Positions 30,204 to 42,168 are shown, counted from the whole stretch's first letter. The stretch: 63,991 nucleotides of DNA, filler included, from a bacterium (GCA_027004335.1; 13 parts of 13 records of this genome joined end to end with filler, not necessarily neighbours in it), one strand, 5' to 3'. Made by a program: numbers and translations. Notes: generated from the letters alone by a model not told the origin.

Positions 30204-31927
30204 CAACCACCTCTTTTTCTATGGGATAAAACCCACGCTCTTAGTTTATCAAAACTCCATGTGTTTACAACTAAGTCAGGAATTACCCAGCCTCTCCTTG
30301 CCACGCCTACACCAAACTGGATAAAAGCAAGCTGATCAAGCTGATGCGCATCAGTAGCAATGGATAATTTCACTCCTGCTTCCACAGCTTTTCTCACATT
30401 TAGATCATTTAAATCCAGCCTTTTGTAGTAGGAATTAATTTCAAGAGCCTTGTCGTGTTTTCTGGCAGCCACAATAACAGCATCAATATTTACTTTGTAT
30501 GGCTCCCTCTCACCTATCAATCTTCCTGTGGGATGAGCAATGATATCAACATAGGGATTTTCAATTGCCCTGATAACCCTCCTGGTCATAACATCCTCAG
30601 AGTCCTTAAACCCGCTGTGTATAGCAGCAACCACAATATCAAATTCTTTTAAAATCTCCTCTAGATAGTCAAGGGAGCCATCTTTTAAAATATCAACTTC
30701 GGTACCATACAGCACCAAAGGTCCCGGTTTCTGATTTATCTCTCTTATCTCCTGAAGTTTCCTTTTTAAATCTTCAGGAGATACACCATGGGCTATTCTC
30801 TGAGATGGGGAATGATCTGTGACGGCAATATATTCGTAGCCCATATCTTCTGCGGATTTTCTCAATTCTGTAATGGTAGCAGAACCATCACTGTACTTTG
30901 AATGAATATGGAGATCACCTTTAATATCCCGCAGATCAACAACCTCGGGAAGCTGGTTCTTCTGAGCAAGCTCAATTTCTCCTCTGTCTTCCCTCATCTC
31001 AGGGGGGATAAACTGCATGCCCAGGATCCTGTAAATATCTTCCTCTTCTTCCCCACCAATTTTTCTTGACCCTTTAAATATGCCATACTCACTGATCTTC
31101 AATCCTTTTTCACGAGCAATAGTCCTCAAATGAATATTATGCTGTTTTGAACCGGTAAAATACTGAAGAGCTGCTCCAAAGGATTCTCTTTGAACAACTC
31201 TGAAATCAACCTGAATATTTTTCTCTTTTAAGATTACACTTCCTTTGGTATCACCATGGGCTAAAATTTCCTTTACCTCAGGTAGAGAGACAAAGAAATC
31301 AACGGCTTTTGCTCCATTCTCAGATACAGCAAGAATATCAATATCCCCAACAGTCTCTTTAAATCTCCTCAGGGACCCTGCATATATTATTCTTGCAACA
31401 TCGGCCCCTTCTTTCACTTTTCTTATGAGTTCTTCCGCTATGGGAAGAGCCTCCCCCACTGGGGTTCTCCCTGTCATAGATTCATAAAGAGCTATTCCCC
31501 TTTTTATCTTCTCAACAGTTTTATCTCCCATTCTGGGTAAAGATGCAAGTATCCCCCCATCTATGGCTTTCTTTAGCAAAGAAATGTTCTCTACCCCTGC
31601 TTTTTCGTAAAGCAGTTTTACAGTTCTGGGACCAAGGCCTGGAATTTCCATGAGTTCTATTACCCCTTCAGGGACCTCTTTTTTAAGTTCCTCATATTTT
31701 CGCAACTTATCAGTGGTAACATATTCTACTATCTTCTTCGCAAGTTTTTCACCAATTCCCTGAATTTTCACCAACCCTTTTTCATCCATTTCTGAAACAT
31801 CCTTCGTCATACCTCTGAGAACCTGTGCAGCCTTTCTGTAGGCATTTACTTTGAAAGGCATCTCTCCCTTAAATTCCAGAATATTAGCCATCTTATCAAA
31901 AATATCTGCTATTTCTCTATTTTTCAT
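30203..31927 (-). CDS. polX: DNA polymerase X / PHP exonuclease
   Basis: GSLRR, GDIDIL, YFTGSK, DLHIHS, TDHS, AHPTGR, TDAH. Confidence 0.94.
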   Translation of the reverse strand: MKNREIADIFDKMANILEFKGEMPFKVNAYRKAAQVLRGMTKDVSEMDEKGLVKIQGIGEKLAKKIVEYVTTDKLRKYEELKKEVPEGVIELMEIPGLGPRTVKLLYEKAGVENISLLKKAIDGGILASLPRMGDKTVEKIKRGIALYESMTGRTPVGEALPIAEELIRKVKEGADVARIIYAGSLRRFKETVGDIDILAVSENGAKAVDFFVSLPEVKEILAHGDTKGSVILKEKNIQVDFRVVQRESFGAALQYFTGSKQHNIHLRTIAREKGLKISEYGIFKGSRKIGGEEEEDIYRILGMQFIPPEMREDRGEIELAQKNQLPEVVDLRDIKGDLHIHSKYSDGSATITELRKSAEDMGYEYIAVTDHSPSQRIAHGVSPEDLKRKLQEIREINQKPGPLVLYGTEVDILKDGSLDYLEEILKEFDIVVAAIHSGFKDSEDVMTRRVIRAIENPYVDIIAHPTGRLIGEREPYKVNIDAVIVAARKHDKALEINSYYKRLDLNDLNVRKAVEAGVKLSIATDAHQLDQLAFIQFGVGVARRGWVIPDLVVNTWSFDKLRAWVLSHRKRGG

Positions 31928-31960
31928 ACGAAAATTCCTATTAGTTCATTCAGCGTATCT

Positions 31961-32371
31961 CTACAATAACTTGGAGGGTCTAACTATAACTTCAGCAATG
32001 TTAGAAAGCTCTGTTATAAGAATCATCATAATATCATCAATAGAAATCATTCCCACAAGCTTCTTGTTTTCATTCACCACAGGTAATCTCCTTATATTTT
32101 TCTCAGACATCAACTTTGTGGCTTCATAGAGCTCAGCAAACTCAGGAATCACCATAACATTTTTTGACATGACCTCCCCTACCTTTTTATCACAACCGTC
32201 AGCAATAGCAAGGGTAATATCCCTATCAGTTATAATCCCCTTTATTTCGTCACCATCAGCTACTACTGCCGCCCCTACATCGTTTTTCCTCATTATTTCT
32301 GAAACCTCCTGCAGAGTCATATCAGCCTTAACAGTAACTGGACTTTTGCTCATAAAATGTTTGATAAGCAT
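31961..32371 (-). CDS. CBS-pair protein
   Basis: GIITDRDI, IRRLPVV; GGAGGTG RBS. Confidence 0.88.
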   Translation of the reverse strand: MLIKHFMSKSPVTVKADMTLQEVSEIMRKNDVGAAVVADGDEIKGIITDRDITLAIADGCDKKVGEVMSKNVMVIPEFAELYEATKLMSEKNIRRLPVVNENKKLVGMISIDDIMMILITELSNIAEVIVRPSKLL

Positions 32372-32387
32372 TAAATCACCTCCTTGA

Positions 32388-33326
32388 TCATTCAGCAATT
32401 CTTTTTAATTTTATTCTCTTATATAAATTCTCAACATCTATCCTGGAACATAGCTGGGTACCTGGAGTAAGTGCTGTAGCAGTACCTGCAGCTACTCCCC
32501 ATTTGAAGGCATCCACAGGATCGCCAGATTGAGAATAGTTCCACACAAAGGCGGCCACCAGTGAATCACCAGCTCCTACTGTACTCTGAACAGCAACCCT
32601 GGGAGGAACAGCCCTGTAGAAGCCGCTTTCACAGGCAAGAATGGCACCTTTTGCCCCCATAGACATTATAATTATCTCTATCCCGTCTTCTAATAACTTC
32701 TTCCCTGCCTCAATGTAATCATCAATCTTTTTTATGCTCATATCCAAAAGCCTCTCCAGCTCGTAAGTATTCGGTTTAATCATAAAAGGCTTGGCTTTAA
32801 CTCCTTCTTTAAGCGGTTCTCCATCTGCATCAAGAATGCATTTGAAACCCTTCTGATTAAATTCATCAATCAGAACCCGATAGATATCAGGTTCAAATCC
32901 TCTGGGTATACTTCCGGAAAGCACAAGAAATCCATCCTGAGGCTTTAACGACAATAATTTCTTCAAAAACCACTCTCGCTCTTCAGGTGAAATTTCCGGT
33001 CCAGGAGCATTAATTCTTATCTGGTCATGGGTATAATTATCTTCTATGATCACATTGGTCCTCGTTTCTCCTTTAATATTTATGACCTCAAGATTTAATC
33101 CCAGTTTTTTTAATCTATCCTTTATCTCGTAGCCTGTATATCCTCCCAGCAATACAAACGCCTTGGAATTTCCACCCAATTCACTAATAACCCTTGAGAC
33201 ATCAATCCCCTTACCTCCAGGATCCTTTAAAACACCAAGAGCTCTGTTAGTGTCATCAAAAACGAGCTCACTTACAAGATAGGTTATGTCAATTGTGGGA
33301 TTAAGGGTCACCGTTATTATCTGCAC
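32388..33326 (-). CDS. pfkB: 1-phosphofructokinase-family hexose kinase
   Basis: TVTLNPTID, GGKGIDVS, IKPNTYE, STVGAGDS. Confidence 0.9.
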   Translation of the reverse strand: MQIITVTLNPTIDITYLVSELVFDDTNRALGVLKDPGGKGIDVSRVISELGGNSKAFVLLGGYTGYEIKDRLKKLGLNLEVINIKGETRTNVIIEDNYTHDQIRINAPGPEISPEEREWFLKKLLSLKPQDGFLVLSGSIPRGFEPDIYRVLIDEFNQKGFKCILDADGEPLKEGVKAKPFMIKPNTYELERLLDMSIKKIDDYIEAGKKLLEDGIEIIIMSMGAKGAILACESGFYRAVPPRVAVQSTVGAGDSLVAAFVWNYSQSGDPVDAFKWGVAAGTATALTPGTQLCSRIDVENLYKRIKLKRIAE

Positions 33327-33381
33327 TCATTCCTCCGCTTTTAATTAAGATAGCAATTTTTAGGCTAAAAGACAAGATAAG

Positions 33382-34143
33382 TTAAATCCCTCTTGTTCTT
33401 TCAAAGAGCTTCAAGTACTTTAAAAATACATAGTAACTATTAAGAGCCTCAATTATAAAACCTTCAATACCATCTAAGAAACCAAGATTTATAATATAAT
33501 TTCTGAAAAAGGTAAAAATCGGGAAAAGTGCTATGTGGTACCACCTGCCTTTCCAACCTTCTTTCATTCTCTGGTTGGCTCCCCACTCAGCGTATCTGTG
33601 AAGCCTCTTTAAATAGTCTTCAACTCCATGGTATGTATAATGTATAAACTTATTTTTTAAACTACCAACATTTCCATCAACAATCATTTCTTCATGTACT
33701 TCCTTATCTTCATACCTTGCCCTATCTCGCTTAAACAACCTTATCACTTTGTCCCTGCCCCAGGAACCATGCTTGATCTCCTTCTTACCAAAAAAATTTC
33801 TTCTTCCTATCCAGTAGGCATCATATCGGGGAGATTCAAGAACCTTCAAAATTTCTTTCTGTAGCTCTGGAGGAACTCTTTCATCTGCATCTACAATTAA
33901 AACCCACTGATACTTTGCCTGTGGAATTATCCAGTTTTTCTGTTTCGCTGAATAATCATACTCATGCTGAACCACTTTTGTAGCGTATTTTTGTGCTATC
34001 TCAACTGTTCTGTCTGTACTGAATGAATCAACAACTATGATCTCATCTGCAAAACTAATACTTCTGAGACACTCTTCAATATTATTTTCCTCGTTGTATG
34101 TTGGCACAATGGCACTTAATTTCTCTCTCATATTTAATCTCAC
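33382..34143 (-). CDS. GT2 glycosyltransferase (WaaE/KdtX-like)
   Basis: VVDSFSTD, VDADE, VHE, GFLDGIEG. Confidence 0.87.
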   Translation of the reverse strand: MRLNMREKLSAIVPTYNEENNIEECLRSISFADEIIVVDSFSTDRTVEIAQKYATKVVQHEYDYSAKQKNWIIPQAKYQWVLIVDADERVPPELQKEILKVLESPRYDAYWIGRRNFFGKKEIKHGSWGRDKVIRLFKRDRARYEDKEVHEEMIVDGNVGSLKNKFIHYTYHGVEDYLKRLHRYAEWGANQRMKEGWKGRWYHIALFPIFTFFRNYIINLGFLDGIEGFIIEALNSYYVFLKYLKLFERTRGI

Positions 34144-34251
34144 TGGAATTATACATTATAAGCCTGTTATTGCAAAAAACCTGTACTTTTCTCCAATTTT
34201 GTTTGAAATTTTAACCATGTTGAATATACTTTAATCAACTCAGGAGGTGGT

Positions 34252-35106
34252 ATGGGAAATATAATAGATGGTAAAAAAATAAGCGCTTCAATTAAAGAAG
34301 AGGTAAAAAAAGAAGTTGAATTTTTAAAAGAAAAAATTGGCAGGGCACCAGGATTAACAGTTATACTTGTAGGTGAAGACCCGGCATCACAGATATATGT
34401 TAAAAACAAAGAAAAGACAGCAAAAGAACTGGGGATCAACGGGGAAATTATAAGAATGCCAAGAAGTACAACGCAGGAGGAACTTCTGAAAAAAATTGAT
34501 GAACTTAATAATAACCCGGAAGTTGATGGTATTCTGGTTCAGCTTCCTCTTCCCTCTCATATTGATGAATTTCAGGTAACCCTCGCCATAGACCCATCAA
34601 AAGATGTGGATGGCTTCCATCCCGTGAATATGGGGAAGCTCCTGATTGGCAAACCGGGAATAATTCCCTGTACCCCCTATGGAATAATAAAAATGTTAGA
34701 ATATGAGAAAATTGAAATAGAGGGGAAAAATGCTGTAATAATTGGTAGAAGTAACATCGTGGGGAAACCTGTTTCAATACTTCTCCTTCAGAGGCATGCC
34801 ACAGTTACAATTTGTCATTCAAGAACAAAAAATCTACCTGATATAGTGAAAGGTGCTGATATTCTTGTAGCCGCTGTGGGAAAAGCTAAATTTGTTAAAG
34901 GAAATTGGATAAAAGATGGTGCTGTGATTATTGATGTGGGTATAAATAGAGACGAAAACAGTAAGCTGGTCGGAGATGTGGATTTTGAAGAAGCCGAGAA
35001 GAAAGCCTCACATATTACCCCTGTTCCCGGTGGTGTGGGTCCAATGACAATTGCAATGCTAATGTACAACACCCTTCAGACTTTTAAGACTCATAATAGC
35101 TTATGA
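34252..35106 (+). CDS. folD: methylenetetrahydrofolate dehydrogenase/cyclohydrolase
   Basis: YVKNK, KDVDGFHP, PCTP, GRSNIVGKP, TPVPGGVGPMT. Confidence 0.96.
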   Translation: MGNIIDGKKISASIKEEVKKEVEFLKEKIGRAPGLTVILVGEDPASQIYVKNKEKTAKELGINGEIIRMPRSTTQEELLKKIDELNNNPEVDGILVQLPLPSHIDEFQVTLAIDPSKDVDGFHPVNMGKLLIGKPGIIPCTPYGIIKMLEYEKIEIEGKNAVIIGRSNIVGKPVSILLLQRHATVTICHSRTKNLPDIVKGADILVAAVGKAKFVKGNWIKDGAVIIDVGINRDENSKLVGDVDFEEAEKKASHITPVPGGVGPMTIAMLMYNTLQTFKTHNSL

Positions 35107-35129
35107 AAAAAATAAAAAAGGAATAAAAA

Positions 35130-36224
35130 ATGGGTGAACTCAAAAGAACTCCTCTCTACGAAGAACATATCAAAGCTGGGGCAAGAATGGTGGAATTTTC
35201 CGATTTTGAAATGCCAGTCCAGTATGTAGGTGTTATCAAAGAACATCTCAACACCAGAGAGAATGTTTCTCTCTTTGATGTCAGCCACATGGGAGAAATT
35301 TTAGTTGAGGGGAAGGAGGCAGCTGAGCTTCTTCAGAAACTAACAGCAAATGATATCTCAAAAATGTATGACGGTAGAGCTCAGTACTCAATTCTCATGA
35401 ATGAAAATGGCGGAGCCGTAGATGACATTGTGATATATAGATTCAATGAAGAAAAATACTTTATCTGTGTAAATGCTGCAAACAGGGAAAAGGATTTTAA
35501 CTGGATCTCATCTCATAATGACACAGGGGCAACCGTACTTAATTTATCTGATGAATACGCCCAGATTGCAGTCCAGGGACCAAAGAGTATCCCCTTCCTG
35601 GAAGAGATCACAGGATTAGAACTTTCCAGTGTCAAATTTTATCACTTCCTCACAGGCAAATTTCCCGGCGATATTGATACTATCTATTCCAGAACAGGTT
35701 ACACGGGGGAGAAGGGTTTTGAGCTTTATATTTCCCCGGACAAAGCTGTTTTTGTCTGGAATTTTCTTTTAGAAAAAGGTGAAAAGTATGGTATACTTCC
35801 CGCCGGCCTTGGGGCAAGAGACACCTTAAGACTGGAAATGGGATATCCTCTTTATGGACACGAACTAACAGATGAGATCACCCCACTGGAAGCAGGACTT
35901 GATAGATTTGTAAAACTTGAAAAGGGGAATTTCTTTGGAAGAGAAACTCTTTTAAAGCAAAAAGAGGGTGGTCTGAGAAGAAAAATTTATCCTATCATTA
36001 TAAAAGAAAAAGGAATTCCAAGAGAGGGATATAAAATACTTGTAAATTCTGTTGAAAATGGTTATATTACCAGTGGAACAATATCACCGGTGCTTAAAAG
36101 AGGCATAGGAGTGGGGATGATTGAAAATATTCATTTGAAAAAATTAGATGAGGTTGATATTATTATCCGTGATAAAAATTTTAAGGCGATTATCTGGGAG
36201 ACACCCTTTGTAAAGAAAAAATAA
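35130..36224 (+). CDS. gcvT: glycine cleavage aminomethyltransferase T
   Basis: FDVSHMG, SRTGYTGEKGFE, GLGARDTLRLEMG. Confidence 0.95.
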   Translation: MGELKRTPLYEEHIKAGARMVEFSDFEMPVQYVGVIKEHLNTRENVSLFDVSHMGEILVEGKEAAELLQKLTANDISKMYDGRAQYSILMNENGGAVDDIVIYRFNEEKYFICVNAANREKDFNWISSHNDTGATVLNLSDEYAQIAVQGPKSIPFLEEITGLELSSVKFYHFLTGKFPGDIDTIYSRTGYTGEKGFELYISPDKAVFVWNFLLEKGEKYGILPAGLGARDTLRLEMGYPLYGHELTDEITPLEAGLDRFVKLEKGNFFGRETLLKQKEGGLRRKIYPIIIKEKGIPREGYKILVNSVENGYITSGTISPVLKRGIGVGMIENIHLKKLDEVDIIIRDKNFKAIIWETPFVKKK

Positions 36225-36242
36225 ACAAAGGAGAGGAAAGAT

Positions 36243-36469
36243 ATGAAGATCAGACTTCCAGCAGATGAAGATATCAGGTATACAGAAACTCATGAGTGGG
36301 CAAGAAAAGAATCTGACACTCTTATTACCGTGGGTATAACAGAATACGCAGTAAAAGAATTAGGAGACATAGTTTATATTGAACTCCCTGAAGTGGAAAC
36401 TGAAATTGAAGCAAAAGAACCCTTTGGCACAATAGAATCTGTAAAAGCTGTTTCAGACCTTATTTCTCC
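36243..36469 (+). CDS. gcvH: glycine cleavage H protein, 3' truncated
   Basis: THEW, LGDIVYIELP, ESVKAVSD lipoyl motif. Confidence 0.92.
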
Positions 36470-36569
36470 NNNNNNNNNNNNNNNNNNNNNNNNNNNNNNN
36501 NNNNNNNNNNNNNTTAATTAATTAANNNNNNNNNNNNNNNNNNNNNNNNNNNNNNNNNNNNNNNNNNNN

Positions 36570-37136
36570 CTATTCTTTGAGTTTATGAAGGAACAATTTA
36601 CCAGATTTATTGAAACATTAAGTGCTGAAGAAAGAGATGCCTACTGTGAGAAGAGAAGAGTCAAGAAGAATTATTTTTTATAAGAAAAAGTTTGAAACAA
36701 TGTTCGGTAAAATAGAGGATGTGAAAGTGATGAGAAGGCACCATTAGGAGGAGGAGGAGATGGATTGCAACGGTTAAGAGAAGCAGTATTTGAGGTTTAT
36801 CCGGAGGCGGATTTTCAACTCTGCACATTACATAAAGTTAAAAGCTCCCTTGCCAAGGTGAAAAAGAGGGATGAGGAAGCAGTACATTTACACAACCAAT
36901 CCTCTGGAGAGGTTTAGTAAGGAAATCAAGAGAAGAAGTAAAGTAATAGAGGTTTTTAAAGAAAGAAAGGCACTTGAGAAGATGGTCTTTTTAGTGATTC
37001 TTGAGATGAATGAAAGTTATAATCGTCGCAAATTAAAGTACTGGGATAGAATAATTGAAGCGTTAATGAAAAAGAGAGAAAAAAATACTCCAAATTACAA
37101 GAGGTTAGAAATCTTACACAAAATTAACTTGCACTA
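36570..37136 (+). mobile_element. degraded, internally deleted IS256-family element
   Basis: transposase fragments in different frames (AEERDAYC, ADFQLCTLHK, IYTTNPLERFSKEIKRR); IS256-like end TTACACAAAATTAACTTGCACTA at 37114-37136. Confidence 0.8.
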
Positions 37137-37203
37137 TGGGCGAAAAGTTGTAATTCTGTTGAGAAAAGGGTAAAATTAAACTCAAAAAATTAAGGAGTAA
37201 TTT

Positions 37204-38526
37204 ATGAAAATAGCGGTAATTGGAACAGGATATGTTGGACTTGTAGTTGGTACATGCCTAGCTGATAGTGGAAATGAGGTGGTATGTGTTGACAAAATTG
37301 AAGAAAAAATTGAAATGCTGAAGAATGGGGAGGTTCCTATTTATGAACCTGGCCTGGGTGACCTAATAAAAAAGAATATGAATGAAGAGAGACTTACCTT
37401 TTCAACAGATATTGCAGATGCTGTAAAAAAATCTGAAGTTATTTTCATTGCAGTAGGCACACCCCAATTAGACGATGGTAAGGCAAATCTTCAATACATC
37501 TTTGAAGCTGCTGAAGAGATTGGTAAAAATATAAATGACTATAAACTGATTGTGACAAAATCCACAGTACCTGTTGGAACTCAAAAGAAAATTAAAGAAA
37601 TTATTTCCAAATTAACCGATGAGCCTTTTGATGTTGCTTCAAATCCTGAGTTCCTCAAAGAAGGAGCAGCAGTAGAAGATTTCATGAAACCAGATAGGAT
37701 CATAATTGGAGTTGATTCAGAGAAAGCTGAAAAGATACTAAAACAGTTGTATGCTCCCTTTGTCAGAACAGAACATCCAATTCTTGTAATGGACCCTGAA
37801 AGCGCAGAGATGAGCAAATACGCCTCAAACGCAATGCTTGCCACAAAAATATCTTTTATAAATGAAATTGCCAATCTCTGCGAAAGAGTCGGAGCTGATG
37901 TAGAGATGATCAGAAAAGGAATGGGGTTTGATAAGAGAATCGGTTTTCAGTTTCTTTTCCCTGGTATCGGATTTGGAGGCTCCTGTTTCCCCAAAGATAT
38001 TAAAGCAGTAGTTAACATGGGAGATGAAAGAGGATACAGGATGGAACTTATTAAGGCAGTGGACGAGGTAAACATCAGACAGAAAAGGGTACTGGTAGAG
38101 AAAGCAATTAAATTTTTCAAGAACATCAACCGAAAAAATTTCGCCATATGGGGACTTGCATTTAAACCTCGAACTGATGATATGAGGGAGGCTCCTGCAA
38201 TAACAATAATAAATATGCTACTGGAAAAAGGGGCTCAGGTTACTGCTTATGATCCAGAAGCAATGAATAATGCCAAAAAAATATGGGGAGATAAGATCCA
38301 CTATTGCAAAAATCAGTATGAGGCACTGAAGGATAAAGACGCTTTGTTTATAATAACAGAATGGAATGATTTCAGAAACCCTGATTTCGATAAGATGAGA
38401 GAATTGCTCAAACATCCAGTAATATTTGATGGGAGAAATCTATATAGCCCCGAAGTAATGAAAGAAAAAGGCTTTTCTTATTTTGCAATAGGGAGACCAC
38501 CAGTTTTACAAGGAGAAAAAACATGA
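37204..38526 (+). CDS. ugd: UDP-glucose 6-dehydrogenase
   Basis: [34 protein letters not shown]. Confidence 0.95.
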   Translation: MKIAVIGTGYVGLVVGTCLADSGNEVVCVDKIEEKIEMLKNGEVPIYEPGLGDLIKKNMNEERLTFSTDIADAVKKSEVIFIAVGTPQLDDGKANLQYIFEAAEEIGKNINDYKLIVTKSTVPVGTQKKIKEIISKLTDEPFDVASNPEFLKEGAAVEDFMKPDRIIIGVDSEKAEKILKQLYAPFVRTEHPILVMDPESAEMSKYASNAMLATKISFINEIANLCERVGADVEMIRKGMGFDKRIGFQFLFPGIGFGGSCFPKDIKAVVNMGDERGYRMELIKAVDEVNIRQKRVLVEKAIKFFKNINRKNFAIWGLAFKPRTDDMREAPAITIINMLLEKGAQVTAYDPEAMNNAKKIWGDKIHYCKNQYEALKDKDALFIITEWNDFRNPDFDKMRELLKHPVIFDGRNLYSPEVMKEKGFSYFAIGRPPVLQGEKT

Positions 38527-39464
38527 GTAAAGTTATTGTAATCACAGGTGGAGCAGGTTTTATAGGATCACATCTGGTAGACTATTTCGTTAATAACGGA
38601 GACATGGTGTATGCGTTAGATAGCCTTATAACAGGAAATCTTAAAAACATAGAGCACCTTTTTGGAAAAAAGAACTTCGTTTTTTTTCATATGGATGTCA
38701 CAAACTATATTCATATTCCAGGTAAAGTAGATTATGTTCTCCATTTTGCGTCTCCAGCAAGCCCTGTGGATTATCTTGAATATCCAATTCAAACATTAAA
38801 AGTTGGAGCAATAGGGACACATAAGACAGTTGGATTAGCAAAAGAAAAAGGAGCAAGATTCCTCCTTGCATCTACCTCAGAAGTATACGGAGATCCACTT
38901 GTAAATCCTCAACCAGAAACATATTGGGGTAATGTTAACCCTATTGGTCCCAGAGGAGTTTATGATGAATCCAAAAGATTCGCTGAAGCTCTAACTATGG
39001 CGTACCACAGGTATCATGGTGTAGATACAAGAATAATCCGAATCTTTAACACATACGGTCCCAGAATGAGAAGTAATGATGGAAGGGTTGTACCCAACTT
39101 TATTACTCAGGCATTAAAAGGAGAGCCACTTACCATATTTGGTGATGGCTCTCAGACGAGGAGCTTCTGCTATATTGATGATCTTGTATCTGGAATAGTA
39201 AAAGTCCTTGATGCCGACTATCATCTTCCCATAAACTTAGGAAATCCTGAAGAATATTCCATCTTTGAATTTGCAAAAATCATAAAAGAACTTACGGGAA
39301 GCAGGAGCGAAATTGTGTATAAACCTCTCCCCCAGGATGACCCAAAAGTCCGAAGACCTGACATCACCCTAGCAAAAAAACTCCTCGGGTGGGAACCCGG
39401 AGTTAAGGTGAAAGAAGGACTGATAAAAACAATAGAATACTTTAGAAAGGAGTTTAATCTATGA
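38523..39464 (+). CDS. UDP-glucuronate decarboxylase (UDP-xylose synthase)
   Basis: [37 protein letters not shown]. Confidence 0.88.
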   Translation: MSKVIVITGGAGFIGSHLVDYFVNNGDMVYALDSLITGNLKNIEHLFGKKNFVFFHMDVTNYIHIPGKVDYVLHFASPASPVDYLEYPIQTLKVGAIGTHKTVGLAKEKGARFLLASTSEVYGDPLVNPQPETYWGNVNPIGPRGVYDESKRFAEALTMAYHRYHGVDTRIIRIFNTYGPRMRSNDGRVVPNFITQALKGEPLTIFGDGSQTRSFCYIDDLVSGIVKVLDADYHLPINLGNPEEYSIFEFAKIIKELTGSRSEIVYKPLPQDDPKVRRPDITLAKKLLGWEPGVKVKEGLIKTIEYFRKEFNL

Positions 39465-40381
39465 AAATTTTACTAACTGGTGGTGCTGGTTTCATCGGTT
39501 CTCACATAGCAGAAGCCTATATTGCTGAAGGGCATGAGGTGATGATAATAGATGATCTTTCTCATGGGAAGAAAGAAAATATACCTCCAGAAGCAGAATT
39601 CGTACAAATAGATATAAGAAGCAAAAAAATAGAAAAAATAATAAAAGATTTTAAACCTCAGGTACTAAACCACCACGCTGCTCAGATAAATCTAAGATAC
39701 TCAATAGAACATCCTGTGGAAGACGCAGAAATAAACATCCTTGGTATGCTCAATCTAGTTGAAGCCTTTAGAAAAGTAGGTGGTAAAAAAGTTATCTTTG
39801 CCTCTTCCGGTGGTGCGATCTATGGGGAAACTGACCAAATTCCCTCTCCAGAAACATTATTCCCTTCCCCTCTTAGTCCCTATGGTACGGCGAAACTGAC
39901 CGGAGAAAATTACCTCAGAAACTTCTATCTTACCTATGACCTCCCCTATATTGCCCTAAGGTATTCCAATGTATATGGTCCCAGACAATACCCTCTCGGA
40001 GATGCGGGAGTTATCGCCATATTTATCTTAAAGATTCTGGAGGGCGAGACACCGGTTATCTACGGAGACGGAACCCAAACCCGTGATTTTATCTATGTTA
40101 AGGATGTTGCAGAAGCCAATCTAAGAGCAACAGATTCTGACTTTTGTGGTGAGATAAACATCGGAACAGGTAAAGAAACATCTGTAAACAGGTTATTCGA
40201 GATAATAAGCTCAATTCTAAATTACCATGGTAATCCAGTACATGGAGAAGCAGTTTCCGGTGAAGTAAGCAGAAGTGCCCTTGATAATTCTCTTGCCAGA
40301 AAGATTCTTAACTGGGAACCCAAGACAAATCTCAGGGAGGGAATTGGGGAAACCGTTCAATACTTCCTGCATCAGAGATGA
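39461..40381 (+). CDS. NAD-dependent epimerase (UDP-glucose 4-epimerase-like)
   Basis: [28 protein letters not shown]. Confidence 0.87.
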   Translation: MKILLTGGAGFIGSHIAEAYIAEGHEVMIIDDLSHGKKENIPPEAEFVQIDIRSKKIEKIIKDFKPQVLNHHAAQINLRYSIEHPVEDAEINILGMLNLVEAFRKVGGKKVIFASSGGAIYGETDQIPSPETLFPSPLSPYGTAKLTGENYLRNFYLTYDLPYIALRYSNVYGPRQYPLGDAGVIAIFILKILEGETPVIYGDGTQTRDFIYVKDVAEANLRATDSDFCGEINIGTGKETSVNRLFEIISSILNYHGNPVHGEAVSGEVSRSALDNSLARKILNWEPKTNLREGIGETVQYFLHQR

Positions 40382-41280
40382 AAGAATTTCTTATTATAGA
40401 TATTGGTGGTACAAATCTTAAAATTTTTACTGCAAGAACAGATGGAGAAAAGATAAAAACAAAAAAGTCTGTTTTTTCTTCCAGAGAAATTAGCACACCA
40501 GACAGACTTACCTCATTTTTTAAAAAGCATATCTACCAAGATATTGCTGCAATTGTTGTGGGCTTACCGGGGGAATTTGATTACAAAAAAGGAAAGATAA
40601 TAGTCTCCCCAAATCTTCCTCGTCTTAATGGCTTTAAGCTTATTGACTCAATAAAAAAATTCTTTAATGGCCCGATTTTTGTGGAAAATGATGTTAATCT
40701 TATGGGGGAGGGAGAGATTGAAAAAGGATATGGTAAAAAATTTAGCAACTTTATATTAGTGGCGGTGGGAACAGGACTTGGTGGTGCAATAATTATAAAT
40801 GGCGAGGTAGTTAAAGGTGCAAAGGGAAATGCAGGTGAAATAGGGCATATTCTCATTCAACCTGATGGAGAACTATGCGGATGCGGTAGAAGAGGGTGTC
40901 TTGAAGCGTATGCATCGGGGAGTGGGGTATCAAAAACCTATAATCGCTTGACAGGAAAAGAAAAAATCTCTGCAGAAGCTATAGCTGAAAGAGCAAGAAA
41001 CGGGGAAAAGGCTGCTATAGAGGCTTTTGAAACACTCGGGAAATACCTTGGATGGGGAACGGCAAATCTGGTTAATACTCTTGAACCTCAAGCTGTAATT
41101 TTTACAGGGGGACTGATTCATGCATGGGATCTCTTTTATATGAAGCTAAAATCTGCATTTAAAGAGAGAGCATTCACCACTCAGGGCCGAAAAACTCCTT
41201 TTCATAAATCAAGACTAAAAAAACCCCAATTCTGGGGAGGGATTCATCTCTTAAAAAAGGAGGGGATAATCCCCTCCTGA
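40378..41280 (+). CDS. ROK-family sugar kinase (glucokinase-like)
   Basis: DIGGT, ENDVN, GTGLGG, GEIGH, CGCGRRGCLE. Confidence 0.9.
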   Translation: MKEFLIIDIGGTNLKIFTARTDGEKIKTKKSVFSSREISTPDRLTSFFKKHIYQDIAAIVVGLPGEFDYKKGKIIVSPNLPRLNGFKLIDSIKKFFNGPIFVENDVNLMGEGEIEKGYGKKFSNFILVAVGTGLGGAIIINGEVVKGAKGNAGEIGHILIQPDGELCGCGRRGCLEAYASGSGVSKTYNRLTGKEKISAEAIAERARNGEKAAIEAFETLGKYLGWGTANLVNTLEPQAVIFTGGLIHAWDLFYMKLKSAFKERAFTTQGRKTPFHKSRLKKPQFWGGIHLLKKEGIIPS

Positions 41281-41284
41281 CAAA

Positions 41285-42139
41285 TCATTTCTTTGTTATT
41301 TCTTCAAACTTCTCTTTAATCTCCTGTGGAGTCCACTTACCTTCTTGAAGTACATTCTTGTAAACACCCGGGGTTTGAGCCATATAGAATTCATACAGTT
41401 TTCCACCCTCAACAGCGAATATTCTTCCTGTAACTTCTGCAGCAAGATCAGAAGCTAAAAACACCACCATCGGCGAAATATTTTCCGGAGAATACTCTTC
41501 CTTGTTTAATGCCTGAAACAGGGGAAGGTCCTCAGTCATTCTTGTATATGCTATGGGGGCAATAGCATTAACTGTTACACCGTAGCGCTGGAGTTCAAGA
41601 GAAGCGGTCCTTGTAAATCCATATATTCCTGCTTTGGCTGAAGAATAATTCGTCTGACCAAAATTCCCCAGCAACCCTGCAACAGAAGTTGTATTGATAA
41701 TTCTACCTCCCTGTTTCTGAACCTTGAGAATTCTCGCCACTGCTCTGCTACACAGCCATGTACCCTTGAGGTGAACTTTAATTACATCATCAAATTCCTT
41801 TTCAGACATTTTCAGAAGAGTTTTGTCTCTGAGAATCCCCGCGTTATTAACAAGAATATCAATTCTGCCAAAAACATTCAGGGCGGTCCACACCAGGTTG
41901 TCAACTCCCTCTATTGTGGAAATATCATCATAACTCGGGGCTGCTTCACCACCAGCATTCTTGATCTCCTCCACCACCTTATCGGCAAACATGGTGCTTG
42001 CCCCCTCACCGGTCCTGTCACTCCCAAGGTCATTCACTACAATCTTTGCACCTTCTGCTGCAAGAGCCAACGAATGAGATCTTCCTATCCCGTTACCACC
42101 CCCTGTTACAATGGCAACTTTTCCATCAAGTAATCCCAT
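41285..42139 (-). CDS. short-chain dehydrogenase/reductase (3-hydroxyacyl-CoA dehydrogenase-like)
   Basis: TGGGNGIG, VVNDLG, NNAGILRD, YSSAK. Confidence 0.9.
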   Translation of the reverse strand: MGLLDGKVAIVTGGGNGIGRSHSLALAAEGAKIVVNDLGSDRTGEGASTMFADKVVEEIKNAGGEAAPSYDDISTIEGVDNLVWTALNVFGRIDILVNNAGILRDKTLLKMSEKEFDDVIKVHLKGTWLCSRAVARILKVQKQGGRIINTTSVAGLLGNFGQTNYSSAKAGIYGFTRTASLELQRYGVTVNAIAPIAYTRMTEDLPLFQALNKEEYSPENISPMVVFLASDLAAEVTGRIFAVEGGKLYEFYMAQTPGVYKNVLQEGKWTPQEIKEKFEEITKK

Positions 42140-42168
42140 AAAATACCTCCTTTAATGGTTTCTGAAAA

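Noticed and set aside
36871..37173. 100-aa ORF as a functional gene
   Set aside because: Only the C-terminal piece of the broken IS256 transposase, reading past the element end.
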